From positions 64,728,001 to 64,792,000 of the forward strand of contig OZ241829.1 in the NCBI GenBank assembly GCA_965202585.1: DNA of 64,000 bases. Reading direction: 5' to 3'. The notes below the pieces were generated by a model that saw only the letters and a list, made by a program, of their open reading frames with translations, did not search any database and was not told the origin of the DNA. Made by a program: the position numbers and the translations under genes. Numbering within the stretch: position 1 is the first letter of the stretch; every line of letters starts with the position of its first letter. Origin of the DNA: Thalia democratica. Taxonomy: Eukaryota. This document shows positions 53,001 to 64,000 of this stretch, one piece after another.

Positions 53001-56000
53001 AATAAAATGTTGTATTGAAAAATAATTAACGCTTTAAGTAGTTTTAATTCCTATGCTAAATTTTATTAAAAATACAATAGTCACTTTTTGTTGGTCAAAT
53101 TCGGTTTAAAATATTTTTTAAATTGTAAAAAAGCTGGTTTTATACTATTTAGGTAAAAATAAAGTATGTAATAAAATAACAGATTGGATAAAAATACTTC
53201 TAAAAAGAAATAACGGGTGTTTTTTAAAATATTTCTGTAGTTTTTTTTCAGATAGTAGTTTTTAACTTTAAGTGTACATATTCTATAATAAGAACACTTG
53301 TTCTTCTATATATGCAGTACAATTTAGCATTAACTGTTTATACAGTTATTTAAAACAGTAATAAAACTAAAAAACTTAACTTCAATTTTAGCGTCCTTTT
53401 TATAATTCAAGATTACATAAGTTCTAAAATGTATGAATTAAGAGCTTAAATATTAAAATATTTTCTATTTAACGATTGTCACTTTAGCTGACACTGTTAC
53501 TCCTAAAAGGATCTTCAGAGCTTTCTAAATAATAATAAAATAACACGAAGCACACAAATATATATAATAAAGTCAAGTAATGAGAAAGTAAAACTGTTTG
53601 TGTGCTTCCTGTTATTATATTTTTGCTTAGAAAGCTCTGAAGATCCTTTTAGCAGAAACAGTGTCAGCTAAAGTGACAATCGTTGAATAGAAAGTATTTT
53701 ATTAATTTAAGATTATAGAAACAAGTTCTTGAAGCTGTTTTTAAGCAATAGATAAGTAAAAAAAATCAATATACACCAAGATATAAAACTTTGGTGTTTT
53801 TATTTTCTTTTTAGTTTTATTTTTTTCAATAGATTCACTAGCATGTACTGGATTTTAATAATAACGATTTTAGGTTTGTTACCATCAGCATTTGTTACGG
53901 AGTCGATTTCTTACAGGCTGCTAACACACGTGTTTAGAAATTATTTGTCAGGGGCTTTCCCTGTTTTGAGAACATTGGCAGGGATGAGAAACAGCATTGG
54001 TGGCTACTACAGCACCCAAGTTCGAAATATTTTGTTTGTTGAAATATATGCAGGTTTTTTAGCTCTTAAAATAACTACGCCTTGAAAAGTTTCAAATCTT
54101 GATGTTTAGTAAACCTGACCTGTGATGTAATTTTTGTAAAACTATATTTTAGCAACTTTAATTTTACTCAATTTAAAATCCAAGAGATGAGATGGCTTGC
54201 ATTTTATTGCGATCAGAAATTACTCATTTGTTTTTGTCTAGCTATTGTTTATGTTCGGTTTAAACTGAATACTTTTCAAAGGGATCATTAAAAACCAGGG
54301 TTTCCCGAACTCATTTTCATAATCGCACACTTGATAGACATTTAAAACTAATTGCCCCCTATTAGATAATGACCGTTTACTTATTGATTCCTTTTTTTTC
54401 GCCCATTTCCAGTTATTGCCTCCTGATAGCAGAAATCTTCCCCAAATAGACGGTCGTTGTTGCCCACTTTGGGATACCCTGGATTGTAGATGTCAATTCT
54501 TTTTTTTTTGTTTTCTGTTTATGGTTTTTACTTTAAAATGCTTAAGAATAAAAATAACAGTTTTATAAAGCAAAAATAAAAAATATATAACATGTTTTCA
54601 TCTTAGCTTATAATTATTTATCATGTTAGTTTTAAATTTTACTTTAAAAGTTTATATATCACAACAACTGTTGTAATGAACTATTTTAATGGAAAACGAA
54701 CTGTCAAAAGTTAATTAAGTCGAACTAACACGGTACTTGTGTCCCAAACTTTTTGTAAAATTTTTGCATATAGAGATTTTTATATTATGTTACTTACCAA
54801 ATGATAAATTAAAAAAAAAGTTATACAAACCGTACTATAAAACGTTTTTTTTTAGAGAGCGTTTAGTTTAAGCTTTTTATAACATGGAGATACCTAAGAA
54901 AATTATACTAAATTTCCACGTTTTTTTTGTTTATTAACACTTTATACTAAATCATCATTTTGACTTTATAATAACAACAACTAGCAAACATTTTTTTAAT
55001 CAAATAGTTTATGACTTCTAGCTTTTATCTTAAAAAATTATTATTTATGTACCAACACAAAACTAGGATACAGTTGTGGCAATACAGGCCATGTCAGCGG
55101 TTGCCGAACTAGTTTACGAAAGTGAAAAGGACTTGGACGTTTTTGCTGCACTAGATGGAACAGATGAACAAACAGCAAAAATTGACAACACAAATTCAGT
55201 TGTTATTCGTCATCTTAAAGTTTGTCGACAATAAACGTTTTTTATGTAAACTAAATAAATTGTTGTTTTTTAGTTGTTTTTATGGTATTGTACAGTTAAA
55301 TTGGATTGCTTTTTAAAAAATGTACTTTGACTTATATTCTAATATAATCAAACAACTCAAAGTTATTTTATTTTAAATAAAAAATCATCACAAAAGTATG
55401 AAATAAAATTTATTATGAGGAGGTTGTTAAAAATTGCAAAAACAAGTTTTTAGCTTTTGTTTAGATCAACAATAAATTAAACATATAATCATAGAGTATT
55501 TTTAAAACATTTTTTTAACTTTACAGAAATTTTTAAATATTATTAATACGATCTTCATCTTTTTTTTGATAGTCTAAGATACAACAAATCTTTTTATTGG
55601 AAACGTTATTTCACGTGGGACACTTGTTGTTATTATCTCTATCAAAATCCATATAAAACCAATAGACCTTTAAAAATAAATTTATTATGCAAAACTAATA
55701 AAACTATATTATTTTTTCTTAATTTATAATTACTCATCACGTAGTTTTTTAATTGCGCAACAAAGTACACTTTAATATTTTCAAAGTTTCCCGCGCAAAA
55801 CGGCGAGCTGGCAGTGAGAGTGGAAGGGACCGGCCTGATGGTGGCGCAAGTGATCCAGTGTCACCACGCCGAAGACGTCGCCGCTGAGAGGCGCAAGAGA
55901 TCGGTTGGAGGGGATTCCCCGTTTGCGTGCACGAACGTCGTCAAGTCGGAGCAGCGAGGCAACAGTCTCATGACGTTTTGCTGCAAGTTGGTTCTTTTTA

Positions 56001-57642
56001 TTTTCAGGGGTTTCACAATTGAGTTTCTTGTGGTTTGCATGGGTAAAGTATTAGATTCAGCAAAATTGAGAAAACTTTTTCGAAAAACGTACATAAGACT
56101 TGTGTAATGAATGTCATTATTTTTGTTTTTGTTTGTTTTTAAACTTTATCATTTAAAAGCACAGTTTGTATGAAGCATTAATATAGTAGTTTTTACACAA
56201 AATCGTTTTAAAGCTTTAACTTTTTTTAAACCACACTGTTAAGTAACTTTATAAGGAAATAGCATTTTAGATCAAAATTGTCTACTTTTGTTCACACATG
56301 CTACTTGAACAACACTGTTCCTGGAAAATAAATAAAACTGAGCAAATTTAACGTTAAAGGTTGAAATCCGGCGAGGAAGCAACTGGAATGTTCATCTACG
56401 AAGTTGAACTTCCCAACGGATTCACCGTGCAAATTGATAATGAAATTGAAAATAACAAGGTGGCTAAAAAAGTCGAGCTTCACGAAAACTCCATTGTGTT
56501 TTACTACGACGAAGTAAGAATTTGTGCATGTATGTATTAGTACACAGACATGTGTGTTACACATTTTTAGTACTTGTTATTTTCAACAGTAGTTTATACA
56601 GTGTGTACTTGTCACGTCAGTATGAACTAAAATTTTCCATTATACATAGAAATTAAATTGAATAATAGTTTGTTTAAGTATCTTTGTTTCCTAATTTGAA
56701 TTCGTTTGATATTCTTCATTAAATTTTAGCGCAGTTTCTACTACATATGATAAATAAACAATCTATATTTAAATGTGTGTACAGGTGTTTTTATGGTGTT
56801 CACACATTTCAAAGTAGAACAATACTCTTTTAAGTATAAATCAAATTGTTAAAACTTTTAGACCAAGCTGTTAAAAATGTATACGAAAAAGCTGCGCTAA
56901 AATTTAATAAAATTTCATAAAAACTTATTGACTTCCAAGCTTATAGTAAGTGATTATCATATTATTTCACAGTTAACAAAAAAGGAGTTATGCTCTAATA
57001 TGGAATTAATAAGAGATGAAAAAGTTACTGACATTCAACCATCAGTGATAAGGGCTTATGAATATTACAGACCTGGTTAGAAAATTTAACTATACATAAT
57101 TTACTGCAAGTACAAGTAACATGTTTTGAATCTAAGATTTTTTCCTTTCTGTTTTTCTTAGGTTATTTTATATACTTTTTAGAAAGTATACGAGGTAATA
57201 AAAAAATTACAGTCAATCTTAGTTTTGTTTAACTCTACTTTTTAATTTTTAACAGATTTGGTTCAATTTATTTAAAATTTATACACATTTAAGTTATTTT
57301 AAAAGTAGTTAATACGTATAAGGACATTGTAAGTAATCAAAATAGTATAGAAAATAAACACAACTTTTGTAATTATTTACTTCCCCAATTCAACCAGAAA
57401 GAATACATTTGAGCAATTACGAGTTGTCAGAGGAAGTTTCGAAAATGTCGGTTTGCCAGATATGCGGTCAGGACTGTGAGAAATGCGCCAAATTGGTCGA
57501 TACCGAGGAAGACAAGGGCCCGGTTGTCATTGACAACGAGATAAAAGACGAAAAGAGTTCCGCCAGTGGCGTCACAATGCAGAGACTCGTCGTCATAATC
57601 ATCATAATACTGATTGTTTTGATGATGTTGATTGCACATTGA
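35063..57642 (+). CDS. CD109: CD109-like thioester-containing protein (alpha-2-macroglobulin/TEP family), near-complete multi-exon gene, copy 2; 5' end unresolved
   Basis: Manually spliced GT-AG exons with consistent phases: 35063-35111 (tentative), 35368-35542 (KKIYLPGQ), 39909-40105, 40466-40590 (LPKFSV), 41295-41415 (YTYGKPVKG), 41827-42057, 43063-43145, 43583-43715, 45091-45267, 45854-46069, 46424-46576, 47016-47184, alternative 47385-47517 or 48149-48257 (VRKNFPEVWLW), 48942-49059, 49492-49605, 49949-50164, 50496-50631, 51422-51617 (PRGCGEQNM), 51940-52171 (DGSYSAFG...WLTAFV...VIHKSMQ), 52520-52600, 52838-52997, 53874-54019 (GGYYSTQ; acceptor less certain), 55067-55219 (DTVVAIQA), 55787-55986 (RRKRS), 56360-56513, 56973-57075 (YEYYRP), 57398-57642 (hydrophobic tail, stop). 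Thioester, late furin-like site and GPI-like tail favour CD109-like over A2M or C3. The symbol indicates family resemblance, not proven orthology. Confidence 0.9.
37460..38592 (+). mobile_element. 5'-truncated, degenerate Penelope-like retroelement (RT plus C-terminal GIY-YIG endonuclease) in a TEP intron
   Basis: YIRYVDDCLVI (RT active-site motif), PFLDI..TNVYRKTTFTGQYLHY thumb region, NGYPP, LKLPYIG, and IVYKFNCSCEKSYIGQTSRHLKTRIKEH (GIY-YIG). Frameshifts and stops separate ORFs 37544, 37785 and 37992. Confidence 0.85.
38905..39594. mobile_element. TTAA-flanked MITE (Kolobok-like GG...CC termini) inserted in the 3' repeat of the Penelope-like element
   Basis: TIRs ggccataggggaggggtcc / ggaccccccctatggcc; TTAA at 38901-38904 and 39595-39598. 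Related internal sequence at ~35864-36250 and ~18030-18130. Confidence 0.75.
42545..42928. mobile_element. Non-autonomous MITE of the cagggttgcc family in a TEP intron
   Basis: TIRs cagggttgcc / ggcaaccctg; exact 6-bp TSD ataaag on both sides. Confidence 0.85.
43693..44598 (+). repeat. 302-bp tandem repeat, 3 copies, spanning a TEP exon end and splice donor
   Basis: Units start at 43693, 43995 and 44297 (atctaaaatgggctattttcagggtgagg...) and are nearly identical. Confidence 0.95.
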
Positions 57643-58675
57643 AAATTTATTATTAACTTTCTTAAGATTTCTTAAGTTTGTTTTTTACTTTTTTTATTGC
57701 TTTTATTTAATTTACTGTGTTTCTTTAGTTTTAGTTCACTGTGCATCATATTAGTTGTTCTTTTTATACTAATAGATTTCTATTTCAATGCATATATTTG
57801 TTATAAACGAAATCAAATTAAATACCTTTAACCATCGGTTTATTTTATTTAGATTATTGTTGTTCTCTTCTTGATAAACTATTATCTAAAAATTAAATTG
57901 TTTATTTTGAAACCTTGAATATTTGATTTCATTCATTAACTTGAAATTATTATTAAATAACGACAAAATTTATTTGCAACTTAAAAATATAAATTTTAAC
58001 ATATATTTTCTTATCTAAATAAAAAAAGTTAAATTTATTAGTTACTACTTTGCTTACTAGTGTAGTAGCAATAGATATAAAAATGATACTTATTGTAGGT
58101 GGTACTTCCTAAAATTTGTTCATAATTTAAGAGTTATTTAAGAATTATATTTTGCAGCAGGGTTTGCAATTTCCTTAACTTAATAGATAAAAAGTACTTT
58201 CAGCTTAGTATATTAAACGTTGCTATTTATTGTTCAGTTTTTCCAAAACACATTTTAATAGCAACACTATGCTATAAAATTCACAATTTTCATTACAAGA
58301 TGCTGTACGAAATAGTTTTAAAGGTTTATAATTTTTAAACCATTATTACTAACCCTAGCTTTAAAATCTATTAAATAATTTAATTATTAAAACCTCAAAA
58401 ATATTTTAAAGATATTTCTACCGAAATAAATAAAATATTAAATGCGTAATTAATAAAATACAAAAAAACGAGCAATATTGCTTATATTTATTAAAAACGT
58501 GCATATTTAAAGGAAATCTAAAGGATTATTGAATAACTAATATATAAATAAATCAAGGATCTTCAATACTAATTATATTTGTTATCAATCAAAAATTAGA
58601 TACATTTCTTAAAACAAAGTTTTAGAAAGGAATAGAACACAATATTGTAAAATTAAAAACTACATGCACTTTTTT

Positions 58676-58985
58676 TTATGCAACATTGCAGTAGCACCCC
58701 TTGGGCACGAGAACAGTGGTGTGTTGCGACATTCCGCTGAAGTACTCCGAAGTGAATATAGGAGTCGATCTCACTTGCACGGAATCCGGCTTGCTTATGC
58801 TGAAGTTTTCCAAGTTGCACTTTGGGTTTCGGCACTTGGCGGCCTGGAAGTTTTCGTCCAAACCGTCGCATCTGACCGTGTACATGTCCCACGCTGCGAG
58901 CGCTTTTGGCTTGGAGTGGCCAGGTGTTATCACGGGTTGTCCCCTTCTTATTTGAACTTTGCACTTGTGGTTATCCAAAAAATCT
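58676..58985 (-). CDS. IL-17-like cystine-knot cytokine, terminal coding exon, copy 2
   Basis: Same exon as 11387-11696 with three substitutions (Y>H, V>I, K>R); all cysteines retained. Confidence 0.65.
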
Positions 58986-60002
58986 CTGAAAATTTAGAAT
59001 ATTGTTTAGTTTTGATACCTAAACTTTACAGTCCTTAAATTTATCATTTTAAACTTTAATCATAAATTCTCGTTGTTAAGAATCATTTTCAATTTTTTAT
59101 AAATCTTATTTATATTTTATTAATTAATTAGCTCTATTTTTTATTAATCTAAATCAACACATATAGCATCATTAAATTTTAAACAGTTATTACGTTAAGG
59201 TGACATCACAGCCATATTAAGATAGTGATAGTGTAAAAAAAAATATTTGTTTTTTTTTATCATAACAAACAAAGGTTTTATAAAATATAAGTTTTAACAA
59301 GTCTCAAAAAGGCAAAAAACTTAAACTTTTAAAAATTTCTTTTGTTATTGAAAACAAATTTCAAAAGTTGTTACGTTTATATGCACAAAAAATTAGACTA
59401 AACACCTAACAACAATATCTTTGCAAAATGTATTAGTAACTACCAGCAAACTACTTTATATAAGTTTACAAAACATTATGAGTTTTTTCAACATATCACG
59501 ATTCAAAATATTTACATTTTAACTTCATTGTTAAAATCCCACATAATCTATTGTTATTTAATTATTAGAAAGGAAACTTAACTTTACAAAAGGCAAACAC
59601 CTTTTGCTTAAAAAAAAAAATCATATCTTTATTAGTTCTATTTTATACAAAGTGAAATATCAGAAAATACTAACTATTTCAACTAAATAGTAAAAGATTT
59701 AGACACGATAACTTTTGCGTCAATAATAATAAACTGTTTGAAAGTTCAAATAGTAACGTATTAATTTTTTTTTTAGTAATAGTAATTCTTTAAACTTAAA
59801 AAAAAAATAACTGTGTGATGTCTGTAATTTCCGAAACAAATAATTTATATTTAATGAATACTGCTCGAATTTCGATGACTGACTATTGTTGCAGTAAGTA
59901 GTATTTTTAATCAGCTGCCATTTTTGTCAAACCAGTAGTAAAATATAAAAATAAGTTAAACAATAAAAGGATAACATATACTGTAAAGTCAAAAATATAA
60001 AA

Positions 60003-60072
60003 GGTTGTGCTCGGAATCGAACCCGGGTCGCTCGCATACAATTCATAAGCTTTATCACTTGTCCATTGAAAC
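60003..60072 (-). other. tRNA-like sequence (tRNA-derived SINE head or tRNA pseudogene); truncated copy at 12711-12760
   Basis: Minus strand reads gtttcaatggacaagtg...ccgggttcgattccgagcacaacc, with A-box-like and B-box (GGTTCGATTCC) motifs. Acceptor and anticodon stems do not pair well. Confidence 0.55.
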
Positions 60073-63000
60073 TCTTACAATGATTACTTATATAATGTAT
60101 ATAAAGCATAATTTTATAAAAATCCTGTAGAATAAACATATAACATAGTAAATAACAAATTTAATATTTTGCAAGTTTTCAAGTTAATATGTTTAATAAG
60201 TTGACAAAAAACATTGTACCTTACTTTTATTTATATCAAATTTATTCTAGTTAATTATTTGAAAGTCGTAATTGTTTTCAATTCCTCAAAAAAATATGCA
60301 GTTGTAAAAGTCTTTCAAAACAAAATATACTTAATAGCAATAACTTGTTTTCAGATACAATTGAATATAATTTATTAATGATTACCTAAGTAAGTTACTG
60401 CTTAAAAACTTAATGTAGAAATAAATTTTCAATTCTTTAAAAATAGATGTTTTAACAGTGATTATAAAATAAAATTTGTAACTTAATTATAACATATAAA
60501 TACAAGTAATTTAATTTTTTTTCTTTAAGTCACGATTTATTTATCTGTTAGTAAATACTTTACTGATTTTATCTGCCATAAAAATACATTTTTACTAAAC
60601 AATATCTTTTATTAAATACAATACTAATAGTAAGTATTGCAAACACTTTTTATAACTTTTTTTTACTTTTTCTTAATAATATTATTGAATTTAAACTTAT
60701 TTGTACTATTATTTTCTTATTAATTAAATAAGGAAATGTTAAATAATGAAATATGTATTTTTAAATGCTAAAAGTTTAATCTAACTTAAATGAGTAGAAG
60801 CCATACATTTTTAGCAAAACTTTAAAAGTATTTTAAATAATAAAACTTAAATACTCTAAGTTTACAGTGAATTTGACTAATAATTAAAATACAACAGCTT
60901 TATATCCAAAATGTTTATAAACTGATCACTCTTAAAGAATGCAGCTAAATAAAGAAATATTCATAATTTAAATACAATATATTTTACAAACTAAACTTTT
61001 CTGTGTAAATAGACAATTATTAATTGTTTGAGACTTGAGACCTTCGATCCAAAGCACCGAAAAAAAATACTATTGAAATTTTTAATGAAGTGAAAATACT
61101 CAAACAACTATTTACTAGTTAAAATTAGCTACATAATCGTAAATATAAGCAACGGTTAATTGTAGTGTTTTCAATGTTTTTACTAAGAGCTAAAAAGCAA
61201 AAAAAAATTGGTTACCACTTTTAATGGAATAATGATTGTCATTTTAAAAAGTATAAAAGCGTTGTTAAAGCTGCTACTTAAAACAAAGCTGTTAAGGGTT
61301 TACATAAAGTTATTATCTGTTTAATTTCTAAAAAAAAATAAAATCGTGTATTTTAATTAAATATAGTATATCATATAAGCTAAAATAATTTTTTTTTTAT
61401 GAATTTTACTTTTTTGTAAAAACTTTTGTTAATTTTAAAAATGTATAACTTTATACTTCACAATACTGCTAAAGTATATATTTTGTTTTAGAAATATAAC
61501 TGTTTCAACTATTAAAAGTTTACTATAATTAAATTCAATAAAACACTTTATACAGAATCGAATACTTTTTCTACTTTTAGTTAGATTTATTTCATAACAT
61601 ACTTAAGTAGTTATAAGAAGTGTAACAAAAAGTACGTTTGTTCTTTTCTACAAAACTTGTGGTTTTATAGAAAAAATACAACTTAGCTACTTATGTTATA
61701 TTTTATTCAAGTTCATAACTACTCTGATAGAGAAATATCGTAAGAACGTAATCAAATTTTTTAGTTTAATGATATTTTTAAAATTTGATATTGAAGTATT
61801 TTTATTTAGACCTTGACATATTTCTAAATTCACACAATTTTAATACGTTTTTTTGAGAACATAGTTATAACAAAACTTTAAATGTGTTTAAAAATAAGTT
61901 ATTAAAAAACAATAAAACTAAAGTAAAACTGTTAATTTTTATTAAATTGTTTTAAGGCTGAAAGTTTTGTTTCTCAACTCAGTTTAGTAACGAAAACATT
62001 AAGCAATTACTATTGCATTTATAATAATTATTTAAATTAAGTCTTTGAAATAAACGTGTAAAAAATACTGATGTTTTTTATTAAATAAACTATTATCTGT
62101 ATTTAATGTTTTATTTAAAAATAAAAAGAGTTCTTTTGTGTCGTTGAAGTACCTGGTTTGTATAACTGCTATGAGATTATTTGGGATTCCCCGGGTGTTT
62201 GGTAAAATGTTCAGGTAAACTAACTTGAATTAAAAACAAGTTTAAGATGTGGAAAAGGTGAGTTTTTCTACTACATTTGAAAGTAATGTGATTGTTATCC
62301 TAAAATTTAATACAGTTATAGTATTATAAAATATAATATAATTATATATATCTTTTTTAAATGTTTTTATGTGATGCATAGAATCTAAAATTTGTTTTAT
62401 GTGTTTCTTAACAAAAAATTGAAATTTTTATAGATTAAGCATAATTACAAAAGGGCCACTAAACCTATAGTCCTGGAAAAATGTGGCAATAAAAAAAAAA
62501 TTGGAACAACCTGGAATTTTAAACATTTTTTACATGTTAAGTAGTGATTTGACACAAAAATTTCAAATGAACCAAAACTTTTTGTCATAATAAAAAAAAA
62601 ACTTCATTAAAAACACATTCAAAGTAGCTTTACATTGTCTTTTCAATATTGTTATACTATTTAACACAGTTTTTACTTTAAGCTTACTTATAAACTAAAA
62701 ATAGACCTAATAACCTGGAAGAAATTTCTGAAAAACCAGTGGCCACCCTGTAATTATTTCAAGTATTTAATCAAAAAGCCTTTTAGTGGGGAGTAAATGG
62801 TTAAAAAGGTTTTCATTATTATTTTGCAAACATAAACATAATTTTTTTTTAATTACCTAGGAAGATGTTGCACCAATATCAAACCAAAATTATATTGCAT
62901 TTGATGTCTTAGTTATTCAACCATAATTTTAGGCTAAAAATCAATTTTAGCATGAGCAGTAAAGGAGCCACAGGGGGGCCATGAGGTCATAATTTGAAAC

Positions 63001-64000
63001 TTGCACTAAATATTCTTGAGTTGCAGATGAAGAGAAAAAAAGGTCTTATGTGTATTTTATGGTAGTTTATGAGTAATCTTGTTGATGCGGGCCATGGCTT
63101 TTTCAATTTCTTTAAAGGGGGCCATTTGCAAAAAAGTTTGGGAAGCCCTGATCTAAACAGATACTTTTTTTAAACAACATATATAAATTCATAGTAAGAA
63201 ATAAAATTATTTATTTTAAACTAAATTAATCATTTTTTTTCAATATTGTAATCAATATAAAATATTGTATTGATATAGTTGATTTATATTGTAAAATAAA
63301 AGCGATTAAGTGTTTAATTTTTATTAGTTTATGATAAATAAGTTTAATTCTATTTTTGTTGTTATAAAATATAATTATTAGCCTAACTTGTGGTTAAAAA
63401 AGACATCAAATATAATATAATTTCAGCTTGATATTGGTGCGACATCATCTTAGGTAATTACAAACAATTTTTCTGGCTCACAAAGAGTAAATTATTCTCC
63501 AAATATTCAAAAAATTGTATAAATTTTCTGCAAATTGTCAAAATTTAAAAAACTTTCTGCAAAATGGTTTAATTAAAAAAAAGGATGAAATAACAAAATA
63601 CTGGGATTTATTTATTGAATAGTGATGGGCCAATCTTTATATGTAAACCCAATTATTTTTAATAAAATGTATTCATTTAAGTTTATTTAACAACAAAACT
63701 AATCAATTTTTCAGATTAAAAAAATATTAAGGAACATAGTAGTAAGATTAAAACAAAAGGTTAATATTATTCTAAGTTTCACTTATTTAAATGGCTTTAA
63801 AAAAAATAAAAACATTTGAATAAAACACTAAAAAAATATATGAACATAAAGTGCTTTTGTTTTTCAATTTTTTTACTTTAAGTTTCTTTTGTCATATTTA
63901 TCAGCTATAATTTTATAAAATTTAAAAAAAAATAAAAAAGTTTATGTATTTTAGATGTAGATAATGTTAACATTTTTCTCTAAAATTAGTTGCTAGCTTA

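Larger units (their letters stand above)
46914..64000 (+). repeat. Direct segmental duplication of 1..~15727 (TEP 3' half, IL-17-like exon and flank)
   Basis: Base 1 aligns to 46914 (tcttaataaaatttgaacag) and 64000 aligns to ~15727. Exons, introns and embedded MITEs are shared, and ORF-track entries recur in pairs. Larger indels lie near 50786-51190 and ~60050-61075. Confidence 0.97.

Noticed and set aside
60003-60072. Functional tRNA gene
   Set aside because: B-box present but cloverleaf stems are broken; listed only as tRNA-like.

Overview
AT-rich, intron-rich metazoan (invertebrate-like) nuclear DNA; the taxon cannot be fixed from the sequence. The window holds a large direct duplication: 1..~15727 recurs at 46914..64000 (offset ~46.9-48.3 kb, high identity, scattered SNPs and indels). 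Each copy has a + strand multi-exon CD109-like thioester-containing protein (TEP) gene (intact GCGEQ thioester, C3-type catalytic His, RRKR furin-like site, GPI-like C-terminal tail) facing, tail to tail, a - strand IL-17-like cystine-knot exon. Copy 1 shows only the 3' half of the TEP gene; copy 2 is nearly complete (35063..57642, start codon not resolved). The best finding is a pair of homologous, phase-matched exons in the TEP bait region that look mutually exclusive. Between the copies lie a disrupted uncharacterised multi-exon gene, two Penelope-like retroelement relics (one with inverted, hammerhead-like terminal repeats), a hAT-like element family with 6-bp target duplications, a TTAA-flanked MITE, a possible Gypsy relic, tandem repeats and a perfect 112-bp palindrome whose axis coincides with a 516-bp tandem-duplication junction. 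All calls come from manual reading and translation; no searches were run.
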